From the NCBI RefSeq assembly GCF_006345805.1, contig NW_021831919.1:1-34821 (forward strand): a stretch of DNA of 34,821 bases, in the 5' to 3' direction. Below are positions 34,628-34,821 of this stretch, one piece after another. A program made the translations under genes and the position numbers. The stretch's first letter is position 1. The number at the start of each line of letters is the position of its first letter. The notes under the pieces are model-generated. The model had not been told where the DNA came from. It saw only the letters and a list, made by a program, of their open reading frames with translations, and did no database searches. The DNA comes from Octopus sinensis (taxonomy: Eukaryota).

Positions 34628-34821
34628 ATCGACAAGCACTATTTGATACCCGAGTCAAATATCTAGTGGAAGCAGTTAGTCATGCTCCTAATTTGAACAC
34701 GCTTCGCTAGATCCCCTCATAACTGGTTGTCGGTCTGATAAGGTGAGATACGTAATGACAGCGAGGAGAGTGAGGTCGACGGGGCACAATGATACTTGGC
34801 TTCAGTGGCTGGTTGGTGGTT

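Overview
AT-rich, microsatellite-saturated eukaryotic non-coding (intronic or intergenic) DNA, most likely from an octopus or other coleoid cephalopod; this is inferred from the SINE families and repeat density, not from a database search. No intact protein-coding gene, rRNA, true tRNA or CRISPR array is supported. Nearly all ORFs in the supplied track are translations of microsatellites or SINEs. The window holds more than 25 copies of about five tRNA-derived SINE families, including a trimer inserted as one unit (15-bp TSD) and dimers that share its junction. It also has decayed DNA transposons (internally deleted mariner, Tc1, Tigger/pogo, two hAT MITEs, foldback MITEs, a Helitron/HINE-like element), LINE remnants (R4/Dong-like 3' ends inside (TAA)n, plus CR1-, RTE- and L2-like fragments), Penelope-like termini with minimal hammerhead-ribozyme motifs, and a 1.2-kb array of 36-bp repeats. 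I found no demonstrable new multi-gene system. The best leads are the inverted hammerhead pair with a non-canonical U6 core, the multimeric SINE architecture, the 36-bp array next to a HINE-like element, and the (TAA)n-embedded elements.
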